Counted from the first letter of the stretch, positions 1 to 11,031 are shown. The stretch: DNA of 64,000 nt from Desulfatiglandales bacterium (GCA_963662465.1 OY759599.1:5856001-5920000), one strand, 5' to 3'. The notes: generated by a model from the sequence alone, not told the origin. Numbers and translations: made by a program.

Positions 1-87
1 CCGGATGCAGAAAATCTCATGGTTTTTCTCCTCCACAAGGCCGTAACCGGTAATCCTGCTGCCGGGATCCACCCCCAGCACGAGCAT
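1..87 (-). CDS. ruvC: Holliday junction resolvase RuvC, 5' part (runs off window)
   Basis: Manual translation [20 protein letters not shown] matches the RuvC N-terminal GxDPG motif; ATG overlaps the yebC stop (TGATG); yebC-ruvC synteny. Confidence 0.85.
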   Translation of the reverse strand, partial: MLVLGVDPGSRITGYGLVEEKNHEIFCIR

Positions 88-833
88 CAGCTCATGGCCT
101 CCATCACGTCGTCGGCAATGTCAAAATTGGAGTACACATGGCTGACGTCGTCATGGTCTTCAATGGCCTGCATCAGGTTGATCATCTGCTGGGCCTTTTT
201 GCCTTCAATTTTAACCGTGTTCTTGGGGATTTTGGTGACCTCGGCCAGGGTGTAGGGAAACCCCGCGTCCTCAATGGCCTTTCTCACCGCCTCAAAATCC
301 GACGGGGCCGTCACCACTTCAAATTCCGTCTCTTCTTCTTTGACGTCCTCGGCGCCTGCTTCCAGGGCCAGGTCAATGAGCTGCTCTTCATCTACCTTGT
401 CCTTTTCAAGAACAATCAGACCCCGTTGATCAAAAATCCAGGTTACACATCCGGGTTCGCCTAAATTGCCGCCATGCCGCTCAAAAATATGTTTGATGTC
501 GGCGACGGAGCGGTTTTTGTTGTCCGTCAAACAATCCACCAGTACGGCAGCGCCGCCCGGTCCGTAACCGTCGTAGCTGGCTTCCTCGTAGGATACGCCT
601 TCCAGTTCGCCGGTGCCCTTCTTGACGCCCCTTTCGATATTTTCCTTGGGCATGTTCTCCGCTTTTGCGGCGGCAATGGCGGTTCTCAGTCTGGGATTGC
701 CCTCGGGATCACCGCCTCCCATACGGGCGGCCACGGTGATTTCTTTAATGAGTTTGGTAAATATTTTGCCTCTCTTGGCATCCGCCGCACCCTTTTTATG
801 CTTGATGGAACTCCATTTTGAATGACCGGACAT
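87..833 (-). CDS. yebC: YebC/PmpR family protein
   Basis: [27 protein letters not shown] motifs. Confidence 0.95.
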   Translation of the reverse strand: MSGHSKWSSIKHKKGAADAKRGKIFTKLIKEITVAARMGGGDPEGNPRLRTAIAAAKAENMPKENIERGVKKGTGELEGVSYEEASYDGYGPGGAAVLVDCLTDNKNRSVADIKHIFERHGGNLGEPGCVTWIFDQRGLIVLEKDKVDEEQLIDLALEAGAEDVKEEETEFEVVTAPSDFEAVRKAIEDAGFPYTLAEVTKIPKNTVKIEGKKAQQMINLMQAIEDHDDVSHVYSNFDIADDVMEAMS

Positions 834-872
834 AAGTGTTTTCCTCCATTGTTGCCTATTGACAAACGATGA

Positions 873-1478
873 TCAAATACCTTGTTGCTTCACAATAAAC
901 CCCGTTCCCACAAGATAAACCTCACGGCTCCGTTTTCGAGTGGCTTTCGGTCTGAAGAGCCGGATCTGTTGAAAGACAGGCGAAATGTTTGATTTAAAGG
1001 CTTTCAGATCTTCACCCTCGAAGATTTTGCATACAAAATGCCCCCCGTTTTTCAGAAGCGCCTGAGCAATGCGGGCGGCTGTTTCCGCCAGAAACATGGA
1101 TCTTGAGGCGTCGGTGGCCCGAATGCCCGTGGTGGGCGGCGCCAGATCGCTTAACACCAGGTTCCTGGGGCCAATTTCTCCTGCCAGCCATTCCGGTTCA
1201 ACGGTTTCGATATCCGCCTCAATGCATCTGAAATTGGGGGGGGCAAACGCTTTGGGCGCGTGCAGGTCGATGCCCACCACATTCCCCTGTTTCCCCACCT
1301 TCTTTATGGCGTATTGGGACCATGAGCCCGGAAAACACCCCAGGTCCAGCACCTGGTCGCCTTTGTGAATCAATTTAAATTTACTATCTATTTCTTGAAG
1401 CTTATATACGGAGCGCGCAAGCCATTTTTCCTTCCTGGCCTGGGCCGTATAATGATCATCCCATTGATTTGATTTCAT
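873..1478 (-). CDS. rlmE: 23S rRNA Um2552 methyltransferase RlmE/FtsJ
   Basis: RSVYKLQEID, DLGCFPGSWSQ, SDLAP, CKIFEG, SREVY motifs; start moved to the MKSNQWDD ATG. Confidence 0.9.
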   Translation of the reverse strand: MKSNQWDDHYTAQARKEKWLARSVYKLQEIDSKFKLIHKGDQVLDLGCFPGSWSQYAIKKVGKQGNVVGIDLHAPKAFAPPNFRCIEADIETVEPEWLAGEIGPRNLVLSDLAPPTTGIRATDASRSMFLAETAARIAQALLKNGGHFVCKIFEGEDLKAFKSNISPVFQQIRLFRPKATRKRSREVYLVGTGFIVKQQGI

Positions 1479-1557
1479 CCAAATACATTTATCACAGATA
1501 TAGCCCCTTTGCAAAAAAAAAGGGGGTTGGTTTTCTTGAGCAAAGGGAAAGCATGAT

Positions 1558-2949
1558 CTATTTTCGGGTCAGCGCTTCCACTCCGGTCCAATCCCCGGAA
1601 ACCCCTTTGACCATATAATGGGCGCAACGTTCGAGGTAGATGCGGGAGGCCTTATCCTCAGGGTTCTTTTGCAGCACCCGGCTGAATTTGACGCTGGATT
1701 CTGAGAATTTCCGGTCATAGTAGAGCTGAAGACCCGCTTCGAAGTCGGCCTTGGTCTGCTCTTTCAGCACCGCAACCGGTTGAGGATCACTATCATATAC
1801 CTCATATACGGAGACAGGCTGTTGTTTGCCTTTGACGGACACCTTGTCCACAAAGCGGTGTAGATACCGGCTGGGGTCTTTAAGACGGGAAAAGGTCAGT
1901 TCGCTGAGGGTGATTGAGGAGCCGTAAATCCGGGTCAGTCCTTCCAGCCGTGCCGCCAGGTTGACCGCATCAGCCACCACCGCTCCCTGCATGCGGTCTT
2001 CACTGCCGATGATGCCGAGCATCAAGTCTCCCAAATGAAGGCCCACGCCGATGCCCATGGGGAGAAGGCCGTGGGATTGCCGCTCTTCGTTGTATTCATC
2101 CACAACCCCGTGCATGGCAATGGCCGCCATCACCGCATCATCGGGGCTGTCGGGAAACAGGGCCATCACGCCATCCCCGTAATACTGGTCAATGAATCCA
2201 TGATGTTTTTGAATCACCGGGCTTACGCGCCGTAGATACCCGTTGATAAAATTGAAGTTGTCCTGGGGCGACATGGCCTCGGAGAGGGTTGTCCAGCCGC
2301 GGACGTCGGCAAACATCACCGTCATCTGTTGTTTGATCTGGTCCCCCAGTCGGATCTCATGAATGCTGTTCTTATTCAACAAACGGATGAACTCCCGGGG
2401 GACAAACCGTTCATAAATGTGGTTCAATTCGGCCAATTCGAGGGTTCTCGCCTGAACTCTTTCTTCCAGGAGATCGTTGGTGGTCTTCAATTCGATATTC
2501 TTTTCCGCCAGACGTTTCCTCAAACGGTTGATGGTCAGATGGGTGTTGACCCGGGCGATGACCTCTTCGGCCTGGAACGGTTTCGATACAAAATCCACGG
2601 CCCCCAGGTCAAATCCTTTTACTTTGTCCTTGGTATCGTCCAGCGCCGTCAGAAAAATTACGGGGATCGATTCCGTTGCAGTATCCGCCTTTAATCGCCG
2701 GCACACTTCAAATCCGTCAATCCCCGGCATCATCACATCCAGTAAGATCAAAGAGGGCCTGGCCTTTTTGGCAATGGCAAGGGCGCTTTCGCCATTTTTG
2801 GCAATGAGAAATTTGTGCCCGATCCCGGCCAGGGTTTCATGCAATACCTGCAGGTTTGTGGTGTTATCGTCTACCAGCAGTATCTGCTCGGGCGCTTGCG
2901 GTTTGTTTGAAGATTGCGTTGGTTCTGCATTCATTTCCTGCTCCACCAT
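1558..2949 (-). CDS. Response regulator fused to class III nucleotide cyclase
   Basis: N-terminal REC (LLVDD, LLDVMMPG); cyclase motifs FADVRG, GDGVMA, DAVNLAARLE. Confidence 0.9.
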   Translation of the reverse strand: MVEQEMNAEPTQSSNKPQAPEQILLVDDNTTNLQVLHETLAGIGHKFLIAKNGESALAIAKKARPSLILLDVMMPGIDGFEVCRRLKADTATESIPVIFLTALDDTKDKVKGFDLGAVDFVSKPFQAEEVIARVNTHLTINRLRKRLAEKNIELKTTNDLLEERVQARTLELAELNHIYERFVPREFIRLLNKNSIHEIRLGDQIKQQMTVMFADVRGWTTLSEAMSPQDNFNFINGYLRRVSPVIQKHHGFIDQYYGDGVMALFPDSPDDAVMAAIAMHGVVDEYNEERQSHGLLPMGIGVGLHLGDLMLGIIGSEDRMQGAVVADAVNLAARLEGLTRIYGSSITLSELTFSRLKDPSRYLHRFVDKVSVKGKQQPVSVYEVYDSDPQPVAVLKEQTKADFEAGLQLYYDRKFSESSVKFSRVLQKNPEDKASRIYLERCAHYMVKGVSGDWTGVEALTRK

Positions 2950-5900
2950 TATTGTGCGGTCGCCGCCAGGGTCGCCGCCAGTTTCATCAGTCCGTCAAAG
3001 TCGAAATCTTCCGCGAGTTGAATGATTTTTCCGCCGTATTCCGATGAACCATCCGTTCGGGTCGCTATTTCGGCGCCCATGGTGGACAATTCCGTTACGT
3101 CTCCGATCTCGACGGCGTTTCGGATGCGAGCTGCCATGTCTTTGGCCATATGGGGTTGAAGAGGCGTGCGTGTTTCCGCCGTTTTCGAGGATAAGGCGTC
3201 ATCCGGCGCCAGGGTACGCAAGGCGGTTACCACCCTGTGAAGTTCCTGCTTGAACACCCCAAACGCCTTATCCGGCAGCGTCTTTCCGCCATTTTTAAAG
3301 ACTGTTTCCAAAGCAGCGGCCGCCGCTTGCAGTCCTTCGGTCCCAATATTGGCGCCGGCCCCTTTAAGTGAGTGGGCCAGGATCTCGGCGTCATTATATT
3401 TTTTGTTATGGACCAGGTCCTTCAGGGTGTCAGCTGCATTTTCAAAATCCCGGCCGAATTTCAAAAGAATGCGACGGTAGGACGTTTTATTGCCCAAAAG
3501 GCGCTTCAGGCCGGCGGTCACATCAATCCCATCCACCTCGGGGAAATCCGTCGCAATACCTTCCGGAACAAACGGTATGGTTTCTATTTTGGCGGCGTCT
3601 TCCTCGCCGACACGCTTCCCGACGACTGGTTTCAGCCATTTCACAAGGGTTTGAAACAGCACCTCGGGATCGATGGGTTTGGTTACATGATCGTCCATAT
3701 CCGCTTCCAGGGATTTCTCGCGATCGCCGGCCAGGGCGTGAGCGGTCATGGCGATGATGGGAATGCGGCGTGTGGCGTGCGGCGTGCGGCATTGTTCTTC
3801 CCATTTACGGATTTCACGGGTGGCCGTGTATCCGTCCATTACGGGCATCTGCACGTCCATCAAAACCGCGTCATGGCCTCCTTTTTTTACGGCATCAACC
3901 GCTTCCCGGCCATTATTGGCCAGAGAGATATGGAGGCCGGCTGACTCAAGGATCTCTTTGGCGACCTGTTGATTGATTTCATTGTCTTCCACCAGCAACA
4001 CCCTGGCCCCTCGGATCTGCCGCAGCGGTCCGGATTCCTGAGACTTTCTCGGAACCGATTGGGATACTTTGGGAATATCCCGGCCCACGGCCTGCATGAT
4101 GGCGTCAAAGAGTACGGACGGGTTCACCGGTTTGAGGAGGAAACCATCCAACCCCGCCTCATCCGCTTGCTTCATGATCTCTTCATTGCCATAATTGGTT
4201 ACCATGACAATGGCCGGGACCTTGCTGAGGCGGGGATGGCGTTTGATGCGTTCGGCGGCCTGGATGCCGTTCATCCCCGGCATCTTGTAGTCCATGATCA
4301 CCAGTTCATAGGGATGGTTCTTCTCGGCGTTTTCAATCTCCGTCAACCCTTCTTCCCCTGAAGACGCCAGCGTGGTTTCAAAGGAAAAGGAACCCAGAAT
4401 GTCCTGTAGAATTTCCCTTGAGGTGGCATTGTCATCCACCACCAGGACCTTCATGCCCCGCAGATCCGGTGAAGGCCTGAAGCGGTTCTTCTCTTTTTCC
4501 CGTCCACAGCCGAAAACGGCAGTGAAAATAAAGGAACTGCCCAGACCGGGCTCGCTTTCCACCCGGATGTCGCCTTGCATCAAGTTCACCAGACGTTTAC
4601 TGATGGTCAGACCCAATCCGGTGCCGCCGAATTTTCGAGTGGTGGACGCATCCGCCTGGGTGAAGGGTTGAAAGAGTCTGCCGGCCTGTTCCCGTGTGAG
4701 ACCTAACCCCGTGTCTCTTACTTTGAACCTCAGTGTCACCCGGTCCCTTTCCTGTGAGAGCAACTCGGTGGAGATCACGATTTCCCCCGATTCCGTGAAT
4801 TTCACGGCATTGTTGGCCAGGTTGATGAGGACCTGTCCCAGGCGCAGGGGGTCGCCGACCAGACGCCGCGGCGCCCCCGGATCGATGGAAAAAAGGACCT
4901 CAAGATCCTTTTTTTCCTGCGCTTTTCCCGAGATCAGATGGGTTAGGTTTTCCAGCACATCATCTAAATTGAAGTCGATGGACTCCATGTCCAGCTTGCC
5001 GGCCTCGATTTTGGAAAAATCCAGGATATCGTTGATAATTCCCAGCAGTGAATGGGCGGAGGACTGGATTTTACCGAGATAGTCCGCCTGTTTGGGCGTC
5101 AAATCCGTCTTCAGGGCCAGGTGGGTCATGCCGATGACGGCGTTCATGGGGGTTCGCAGTTCATGGCTCATGTTCGCCAGAAACGTACTCTTGGCCTCGT
5201 TGGCGGCATCGGCCGCTTTTTTTGCCTGCTGGGCCTCCCGGGTGGCCTCAGCCAGTTCGGCCGTGCGTTCTTCCACCAACTCCTTCAGATGTTCCTGGTA
5301 CTTTCTTAAGTCCGCTTCCGCCCGTTTGCTTTCGGTGATGTCCCTGACAATTCCCTGATAAACCAGAATGTGGCCGTCGTCGATTCGCCGGCATGTTGCG
5401 GTGACCAGGCAATCCATGGGTGCGCCATTCTTTTTTTGAAGCCTGACATCCAGGTCTTTGACGGATCCTGCGGGGCCTGCGGCCCGCACAAATCTGCTTC
5501 TGCCTTCCGGGTTCATATCCGTATCCCAGACATTCATCTGCATCATCTCTGACCGGGTATAACCGAAAAGGTCCAGCATGGCCTGATTCGCATCCATCAT
5601 TTTGCCGATACGATCACAAATGAAAATGGCATCCCGGGAATCTTCAAACAGCGCCCGGTATTTCTTCTCGTTTTCGCCCAACGCCTGATAGAAATGTGCA
5701 TTATTGATGGCGACGGACGTATGGCTGACCAGTCTGGTGAGCCCCACATGGGCATTGCCCCCCGCCGGAACCCGAGCCTGAAATGATTTCATCTCCGCGG
5801 TGTTGCCGGCCGCCAAAAACCCCAGCGGCTTTTCAGGTTCACCGGCCAGGGGAAGGAGAATATACTCGTCCATATCCAGTTTCAGGCCCAGTGCCGAAAG

Positions 5901-6377
5901 ATCTTCCCGCTCGCAGGTTTCGGCACATATGATCTCATGGGGAGACTGCCGCAATTGCCGCAACAGGGGATCTTCCGCGGACAGGCACAGGGTCGCCACA
6001 TCCGGGCGTTTTCCCTCGTCGTAATAGCCGTCCATGGCTTGAACCCGATAAACCCCTTCCTTCGAATCGGGCATGAAAATCAGGCAACGTTCGAAATTGA
6101 TCTCATAGAGTACGAACCGAATGCATATCTCCAGAATCTCCATTAACTCCCTGGTGGCCGTGAATTGCTTGCCCACCTCGTAGAGCCGGCGATAGAACTG
6201 CATCTGGGCGTCCAGTTGCTCCTGGATGTTGTAGAGTTCAACCTCGGTTTTGCTCAGGCGTTTTACCTGGCCGCTTAACTGGAGATTTTCCTTCTGAAGT
6301 TTTTGAATCTGATCTTCGGCCTGCTCATAACGGGAATGCAGTGCCGCCAACGCCTGTTCGGGATTCTTTGGGGTCAT
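2949..6377 (-). CDS. Hybrid sensor histidine kinase (GAF-like, PAS, HisKA, HATPase, two REC, Hpt)
   Basis: FLANMSHELRTP H-box, GGTGLGL G2 box, two REC domains, AHSLKGAG Hpt. Confidence 0.95.
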   Translation of the reverse strand: MTPKNPEQALAALHSRYEQAEDQIQKLQKENLQLSGQVKRLSKTEVELYNIQEQLDAQMQFYRRLYEVGKQFTATRELMEILEICIRFVLYEINFERCLIFMPDSKEGVYRVQAMDGYYDEGKRPDVATLCLSAEDPLLRQLRQSPHEIICAETCEREDLSALGLKLDMDEYILLPLAGEPEKPLGFLAAGNTAEMKSFQARVPAGGNAHVGLTRLVSHTSVAINNAHFYQALGENEKKYRALFEDSRDAIFICDRIGKMMDANQAMLDLFGYTRSEMMQMNVWDTDMNPEGRSRFVRAAGPAGSVKDLDVRLQKKNGAPMDCLVTATCRRIDDGHILVYQGIVRDITESKRAEADLRKYQEHLKELVEERTAELAEATREAQQAKKAADAANEAKSTFLANMSHELRTPMNAVIGMTHLALKTDLTPKQADYLGKIQSSAHSLLGIINDILDFSKIEAGKLDMESIDFNLDDVLENLTHLISGKAQEKKDLEVLFSIDPGAPRRLVGDPLRLGQVLINLANNAVKFTESGEIVISTELLSQERDRVTLRFKVRDTGLGLTREQAGRLFQPFTQADASTTRKFGGTGLGLTISKRLVNLMQGDIRVESEPGLGSSFIFTAVFGCGREKEKNRFRPSPDLRGMKVLVVDDNATSREILQDILGSFSFETTLASSGEEGLTEIENAEKNHPYELVIMDYKMPGMNGIQAAERIKRHPRLSKVPAIVMVTNYGNEEIMKQADEAGLDGFLLKPVNPSVLFDAIMQAVGRDIPKVSQSVPRKSQESGPLRQIRGARVLLVEDNEINQQVAKEILESAGLHISLANNGREAVDAVKKGGHDAVLMDVQMPVMDGYTATREIRKWEEQCRTPHATRRIPIIAMTAHALAGDREKSLEADMDDHVTKPIDPEVLFQTLVKWLKPVVGKRVGEEDAAKIETIPFVPEGIATDFPEVDGIDVTAGLKRLLGNKTSYRRILLKFGRDFENAADTLKDLVHNKKYNDAEILAHSLKGAGANIGTEGLQAAAAALETVFKNGGKTLPDKAFGVFKQELHRVVTALRTLAPDDALSSKTAETRTPLQPHMAKDMAARIRNAVEIGDVTELSTMGAEIATRTDGSSEYGGKIIQLAEDFDFDGLMKLAATLAATAQ

Positions 6378-6410
6378 GACGGGAAACCTCTTTCGAATTT
6401 TCGAAGGGGG

Positions 6411-7637
6411 TTAATAAACCGCTGCGATAACGGCGGTGTAATTATGAAAGCAATTGGATTTCCCTACGGGGCCGATTTCGCCCAGTGTATAAAAACCTAC
6501 CCACGGCGCCTCGGGTATCTGTTGCTGCAGGCGTTTTTGAAGCGCGGTTTTCTGATGCTCACGCAGAAACACCTTGCCCCGACCGCAACAGTCAAACTGG
6601 AACGCCAGTTTGGCCGGGTTTTCGCCGAGCTGATCGTTGATCCGGTCTGCCAGGCGGTCGATGCCTTCGGCCACTTTTTCGTAATCCCTCCTCGTCATCC
6701 AGATGCTGGTTCCCGGAGCGACTTCCGTGGGGATAGTGACCGAACCCTTTTCATCATCCTTGGTGGGCATGAACCGTATCATGTAATCATCATAGCCTGC
6801 CATATGTCCGGGGGTCTCGAAGCCCAGGGTCAGATGGATCACCGCCTTGGCCCAGTCGACAATCTCGTCATCCGTCAGGTATTCCTTGAGGACGGCAAGT
6901 GCCGGTCTATGGTCAATTTCATAGATGGTGTTTTCCTCGCAGCGGGTGATCTTATGTTCAACGCCGGTGGGGACGCAGCCGTGATTGACGGCCCAGGCGA
7001 TCCGGGCATCTCCCGAAAGCAAGGCCCAGGAAATGCCATCCGAGATGACCTGATCGTTATAGTACTGATACGTCTGCTTCAACTGCCAGTTATCCGCGGC
7101 CGCACCGCCGACCAACGGCAGCAGATGTTCCAGGTTCAGCGTTTGTTCAAAGCCGCTGAGGAATCGGTCGAAGTTGAAGGTGAGACCATCGGCAAACAGG
7201 AAAAGAGCGAGGGTGTCCGGTTTCAACTCAGGCTGGAGTGTACCGGCGAGTGCCTGCCCGACACCCGTGGAATCGGCCTTAAGGCCGGTATCCATACCAT
7301 TAATGAAACGCAATTCATCGGAGCAGATGGCCATGATGACCACGGAAAAGTTGGACTCATCCACCTCATCTCTCATGATGGCGCCTTCCCCCGAACACCC
7401 GCAAAGCGGCGCCCCGCTGGTTGCTTCTCGCACGGCCTTCAGCAGTGCCTGCTGATGATAGCCCACCGTGGCAAACATGAAGACAAAGTCAGGTTTTTCA
7501 AACCCGCCACTTTTGAGGGCTGCCTCTACGGCTTCTCGACCCGCCGCCATCGGATTTCGATGATGGCTCATCCCCACACCGGCTTTCGTATGCATGACAA
7601 ATTCTCCTTCGCTCTCATGCTGATTTTTGTACAGCAT
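6411..7637 (-). CDS. FIST domain signal transduction protein (NosP-like)
   Basis: GCSGEG, GGAAAD, FDCCGRG, GFYTLGEIGP, FHNYT motifs; true start may be the MHTKAG ATG. Confidence 0.9.
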   Translation of the reverse strand: MLYKNQHESEGEFVMHTKAGVGMSHHRNPMAAGREAVEAALKSGGFEKPDFVFMFATVGYHQQALLKAVREATSGAPLCGCSGEGAIMRDEVDESNFSVVIMAICSDELRFINGMDTGLKADSTGVGQALAGTLQPELKPDTLALFLFADGLTFNFDRFLSGFEQTLNLEHLLPLVGGAAADNWQLKQTYQYYNDQVISDGISWALLSGDARIAWAVNHGCVPTGVEHKITRCEENTIYEIDHRPALAVLKEYLTDDEIVDWAKAVIHLTLGFETPGHMAGYDDYMIRFMPTKDDEKGSVTIPTEVAPGTSIWMTRRDYEKVAEGIDRLADRINDQLGENPAKLAFQFDCCGRGKVFLREHQKTALQKRLQQQIPEAPWVGFYTLGEIGPVGKSNCFHNYTAVIAAVY

Positions 7638-7798
7638 AACAGAATTTGGGGAGGATCTTCAACAAATAACAAGAATTTGCGGGGGAAGGTTGTTTAGTGA
7701 CTTACAGATTAAATGCTTCTAAAAAAACAAAATGATCAATATAACAGCATGACTTTATTGGTATGGAAACTTAAAACTTAAAACCGCGACTATGCCGC

Positions 7799-8173
7799 CT
7801 AAGCGAGGTTTACATGCCGGGTGGCGATGATATTACAGTCCGTACCGGCTGGATTTTTAATGAGGACATCGCCGATGGACACGGGGGCTTTGAAAGTGAT
7901 GGATTGAATCTCCGCCATGACCTGTAAGATGCTGTTTTTGGGAATGGGGGCGTCCGTTCGAACGCTGACCAGGGGAAAATCTCCGTTTTCCACCCGGATG
8001 TTGCCGGCAATGGTTCTCATGGGACGAACGAATTCCTGTTCCGCCCATTTGGGTCCCTTGTCGCAGGTATGTCCCTTAATCCGGATGATCCGGATGTGGG
8101 GTTCTTCTTCAAAATCGACCTCCAGCGGGCATCCGTTGGGGCACACGATACAGGTGAGTTCTTTTCGTTTCAT
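7799..8173 (-). CDS. DUF1667 family Cys-rich protein
   Basis: TCIVCPNGC...C..G motif; coupled to upstream oxidoreductases. Confidence 0.85.
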   Translation of the reverse strand: MKRKELTCIVCPNGCPLEVDFEEEPHIRIIRIKGHTCDKGPKWAEQEFVRPMRTIAGNIRVENGDFPLVSVRTDAPIPKNSILQVMAEIQSITFKAPVSIGDVLIKNPAGTDCNIIATRHVNLA

Positions 8174-9408
8174 TCTACGCTCACTTCCAGTTTTCCGGTA
8201 CTTTCCAGTTTGTCTTTTTTGACTTTAATGCGAATCATTTCAGCCGGGTGCAACCGAACCAGTTTTTTTCGGGCGACTTTGCGATCCCCGTCTCGAACCC
8301 AGACAGCGTGGTTTCGCGAAGGTTCGGTGACGCGGAGAGACAATGTAAAATCGCTCTTTCCCGATACCTGCCGCGGCAGGACGTATCTGACCCCGTTTTT
8401 GGGTTCGATGCCGATGGCGATTTCCCCCTGTGGAATACGCCCTTCAAGGTACCTGCAGGCAAATTCTCCAGCCAGGGATGCCTCTTCGGAAACATGATCC
8501 ACCAGATCGTGAACATGCAGCACATTGCCGCATGAAAACACGCCGGGAATGCTGGTCATAAACGTTTCATCCACAAAGGCGCCGCTGGTCCTGGTTTCCA
8601 TTTTGACGCCGGCCCCGACAGAAAGTTCATTTTCCGGGATGAGTCCCACGGAAAGGAGCAGGGTGTCGCAGGGCACAAACCGTTCGGTCCCGGGCCGCGG
8701 CTGAAAATTGTCCATTTCCGCCACGGTGACCCCGGTGAGGCGATCCTTGCCATGCACCTCTATCACCGATGTGCCGAGATGTAAGGGTATGTCGTAATCA
8801 TTGAGGCATTGCTGAATATTTCGAGGCAGTCCGCTGGCATAGGGTAGGATTTCAAAGACCGCTTCCACCTTTGCCCCTTCAAGGGTCATTCTTCTGGCCA
8901 TAATGAGCCCGATATCCCCGGAACCGAGAATCACAACTCTCCGGCCCACCATGATGTTTTGCAGATTAATGAAATTCTGGGCGGCCCCTGCCGTGTAAAT
9001 GCCCGAAGGCCGGGTGCCGGGCAGCGATATGGCCCCTGCCGTTCTTTCCCGGCATCCCATGGCCAGGATCACGGCCCCGGCATGGATGCGAGTATAGCCG
9101 TCCCGGGAACTCACGGTGAGATTACGCTCACTGTCCATGGAAAGGACGATGGTTCCCAGCATGGTCTCAATTCCCAGATCGTAAAATTCATCAATATATC
9201 GCTGAGCGTACTCGGGGCCGGTAAGGGCCTGGCCGAACCGGTGCAACCCGAAACCATCGTGAATGCACTGGTTGAGGATGCCCCCCAGTATCCGGTCCCG
9301 TTCAATTAAAAGGATATCTTCGCATCCGGCCTGCCGGGCGGCCACCGCAGCGGAGAGGCCCGCGGGTCCCCCGCCGATAATTACCAAATCACGTTTTATT
9401 TCATGCAT
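8170..9408 (-). CDS. FAD/NAD(P)-dependent oxidoreductase
   Basis: GGGPAG, LNQCIHDGFG, GSGDIG, CGNVLHVHDLVD. Confidence 0.9.
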   Translation of the reverse strand: MHEIKRDLVIIGGGPAGLSAAVAARQAGCEDILLIERDRILGGILNQCIHDGFGLHRFGQALTGPEYAQRYIDEFYDLGIETMLGTIVLSMDSERNLTVSSRDGYTRIHAGAVILAMGCRERTAGAISLPGTRPSGIYTAGAAQNFINLQNIMVGRRVVILGSGDIGLIMARRMTLEGAKVEAVFEILPYASGLPRNIQQCLNDYDIPLHLGTSVIEVHGKDRLTGVTVAEMDNFQPRPGTERFVPCDTLLLSVGLIPENELSVGAGVKMETRTSGAFVDETFMTSIPGVFSCGNVLHVHDLVDHVSEEASLAGEFACRYLEGRIPQGEIAIGIEPKNGVRYVLPRQVSGKSDFTLSLRVTEPSRNHAVWVRDGDRKVARKKLVRLHPAEMIRIKVKKDKLESTGKLEVSVE

Positions 9409-9444
9409 TGAGTCCTGATTCCCTAAAAAGCTATTAGCTGTTAG

Positions 9445-10917
9445 CTAACCGCTAACAGCTACTCGCACATGTCCTGTAAAGAGATAAGAATCCGGGCTGT
9501 ACAGCCGATAATCCTCAGGCTGATAGCCGAAATCCTTTTCCAATATCTGAACGATTCGGGGAAGGCAGAACCCCCCCTGGCATCTCCCCATCATGGCCCT
9601 GGAGCGATATTTGATTCCGGCAATGGTTTTGTTGCCAAGAGGATTTTCGATTGCATCCAGGATTTCCCGCTTGGTGATCTGCTCGCAACGACAGACGATT
9701 TCCCCGTAATCGGGGTCCCGGGAGACCAGATCCGCTTTTTCTTCTTCGGGCAGGTCGTGAAAATATCCAGAAAAACCAGCCCGTTCCGCCACAAAATGCT
9801 CCTTTTCGGTCAGGGGAAGTTTTTCGCCCACCATGTCGCGGACCATGAGTGCAATGGCCGGGGAACAGGTCAGCCCCGGGCTCTCGATGCCCACCAGGTT
9901 GATAAAGCCGGGGATGTCTTTTCGGCTTTCGATGACAAAGTCCTTGAAGCCCTTCATCGCCGGAGAGGTCTGCTTGGGCCGCAACCCCGAAAACCCCCGG
10001 ATAAAGTCGGAAGTGCTGATGGCCGGCAGCAACTGCCGACCTTCTTTTTTAAGTTGGTCGATAATGTCGGCGGTGCAGGCGTAATCGTCCGCTTGATCCA
10101 CGTACTCATTGCTGGGACCGATGAGAATATTGCCGTCCACCGTGTTGGTTAAGTGAATCCCCAGACCTGCGCCCCCCTTTCTGGGGGCCGGATAGATCAG
10201 GGTGGAGAGACTGCCGTTCAGGCGCTTGTCCAGAATCAGGTATTCCCCCCGGCAGGGATAGATGGCGTACTCGGTCAGTCCCAACATTTTACAGACGGCA
10301 TCACTATAGAGGCCCGCAGCATTGATGAGTACTTTGGCTTCAAAGGATTTGCCCGCAGCTGTTTTGAGCTGAAAGCCGGTTTCAGTCTTCAAAATGCCGG
10401 TGACCTGGGCCTCCAGGTGAAAATCCACACCGTTTTCCCGGGCGTTGTCCGCCAGGGCGATGGTGAGACCATAGGGGCAGATGATGCCGGTGGTGGGGGA
10501 ATGAAGGGCGCGAATGCCGCCCACGCCCGGCTGAATCTGCTGCATTCGCGGCACATCGATGATTTCAAGACCGGGAACGCCATTGGTTTCCCCCTGGGCT
10601 TTCAATGCCTCGAGGGTTTCAATGTCCATTTCGTCCTGGGCTACCGTAAGCTTGCCGATATATTGAATCTTGACCTTTAAATCCCGGCAAAGGTCTTTCA
10701 TGAGCTCGTTTCCCTGAACATTCAACCGGGCCCGGAGGGTACCGGGTTTGTAGTGAATGCCCGAGTGAAGGACCCCGCTGTTTCGGGAGCTGGTCCCCAT
10801 GCCCACGTCCGGGTCTTTTTCCAGGACCCCGACCGTTAACCGGTATCGGGACAGCTCCCGTGCAATGGCGTTTCCCACAACGCCCGCCCCAATAATCAGA
10901 ACATCATATGCAGCCAT
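9445..10917 (-). CDS. FAD-dependent oxidoreductase (LhgO/glycerol-3-phosphate dehydrogenase-like) with C-terminal BFD-like [2Fe-2S] domain
   Basis: GAGVVG, TSSRNSGVLHSG, GIESPGLT, CRCE...GRCQGGFC. Confidence 0.88.
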   Translation of the reverse strand: MAAYDVLIIGAGVVGNAIARELSRYRLTVGVLEKDPDVGMGTSSRNSGVLHSGIHYKPGTLRARLNVQGNELMKDLCRDLKVKIQYIGKLTVAQDEMDIETLEALKAQGETNGVPGLEIIDVPRMQQIQPGVGGIRALHSPTTGIICPYGLTIALADNARENGVDFHLEAQVTGILKTETGFQLKTAAGKSFEAKVLINAAGLYSDAVCKMLGLTEYAIYPCRGEYLILDKRLNGSLSTLIYPAPRKGGAGLGIHLTNTVDGNILIGPSNEYVDQADDYACTADIIDQLKKEGRQLLPAISTSDFIRGFSGLRPKQTSPAMKGFKDFVIESRKDIPGFINLVGIESPGLTCSPAIALMVRDMVGEKLPLTEKEHFVAERAGFSGYFHDLPEEEKADLVSRDPDYGEIVCRCEQITKREILDAIENPLGNKTIAGIKYRSRAMMGRCQGGFCLPRIVQILEKDFGYQPEDYRLYSPDSYLFTGHVRVAVSG

Positions 10918-11031
10918 TATTGCCTTATTTCCAAAACCCCTGTCGCGAAAAACCAGAAGGTTTATGCCGCCGACAGGGGTTCATTGTCAAAAAACTTGAA
11001 ACTTGAAACTTGAAACCGCGGCTATGCCGCG

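Noticed and set aside
6303..7697. 464-aa plus-strand ORF
   Set aside because: Antisense shadow of the FIST gene, no motifs
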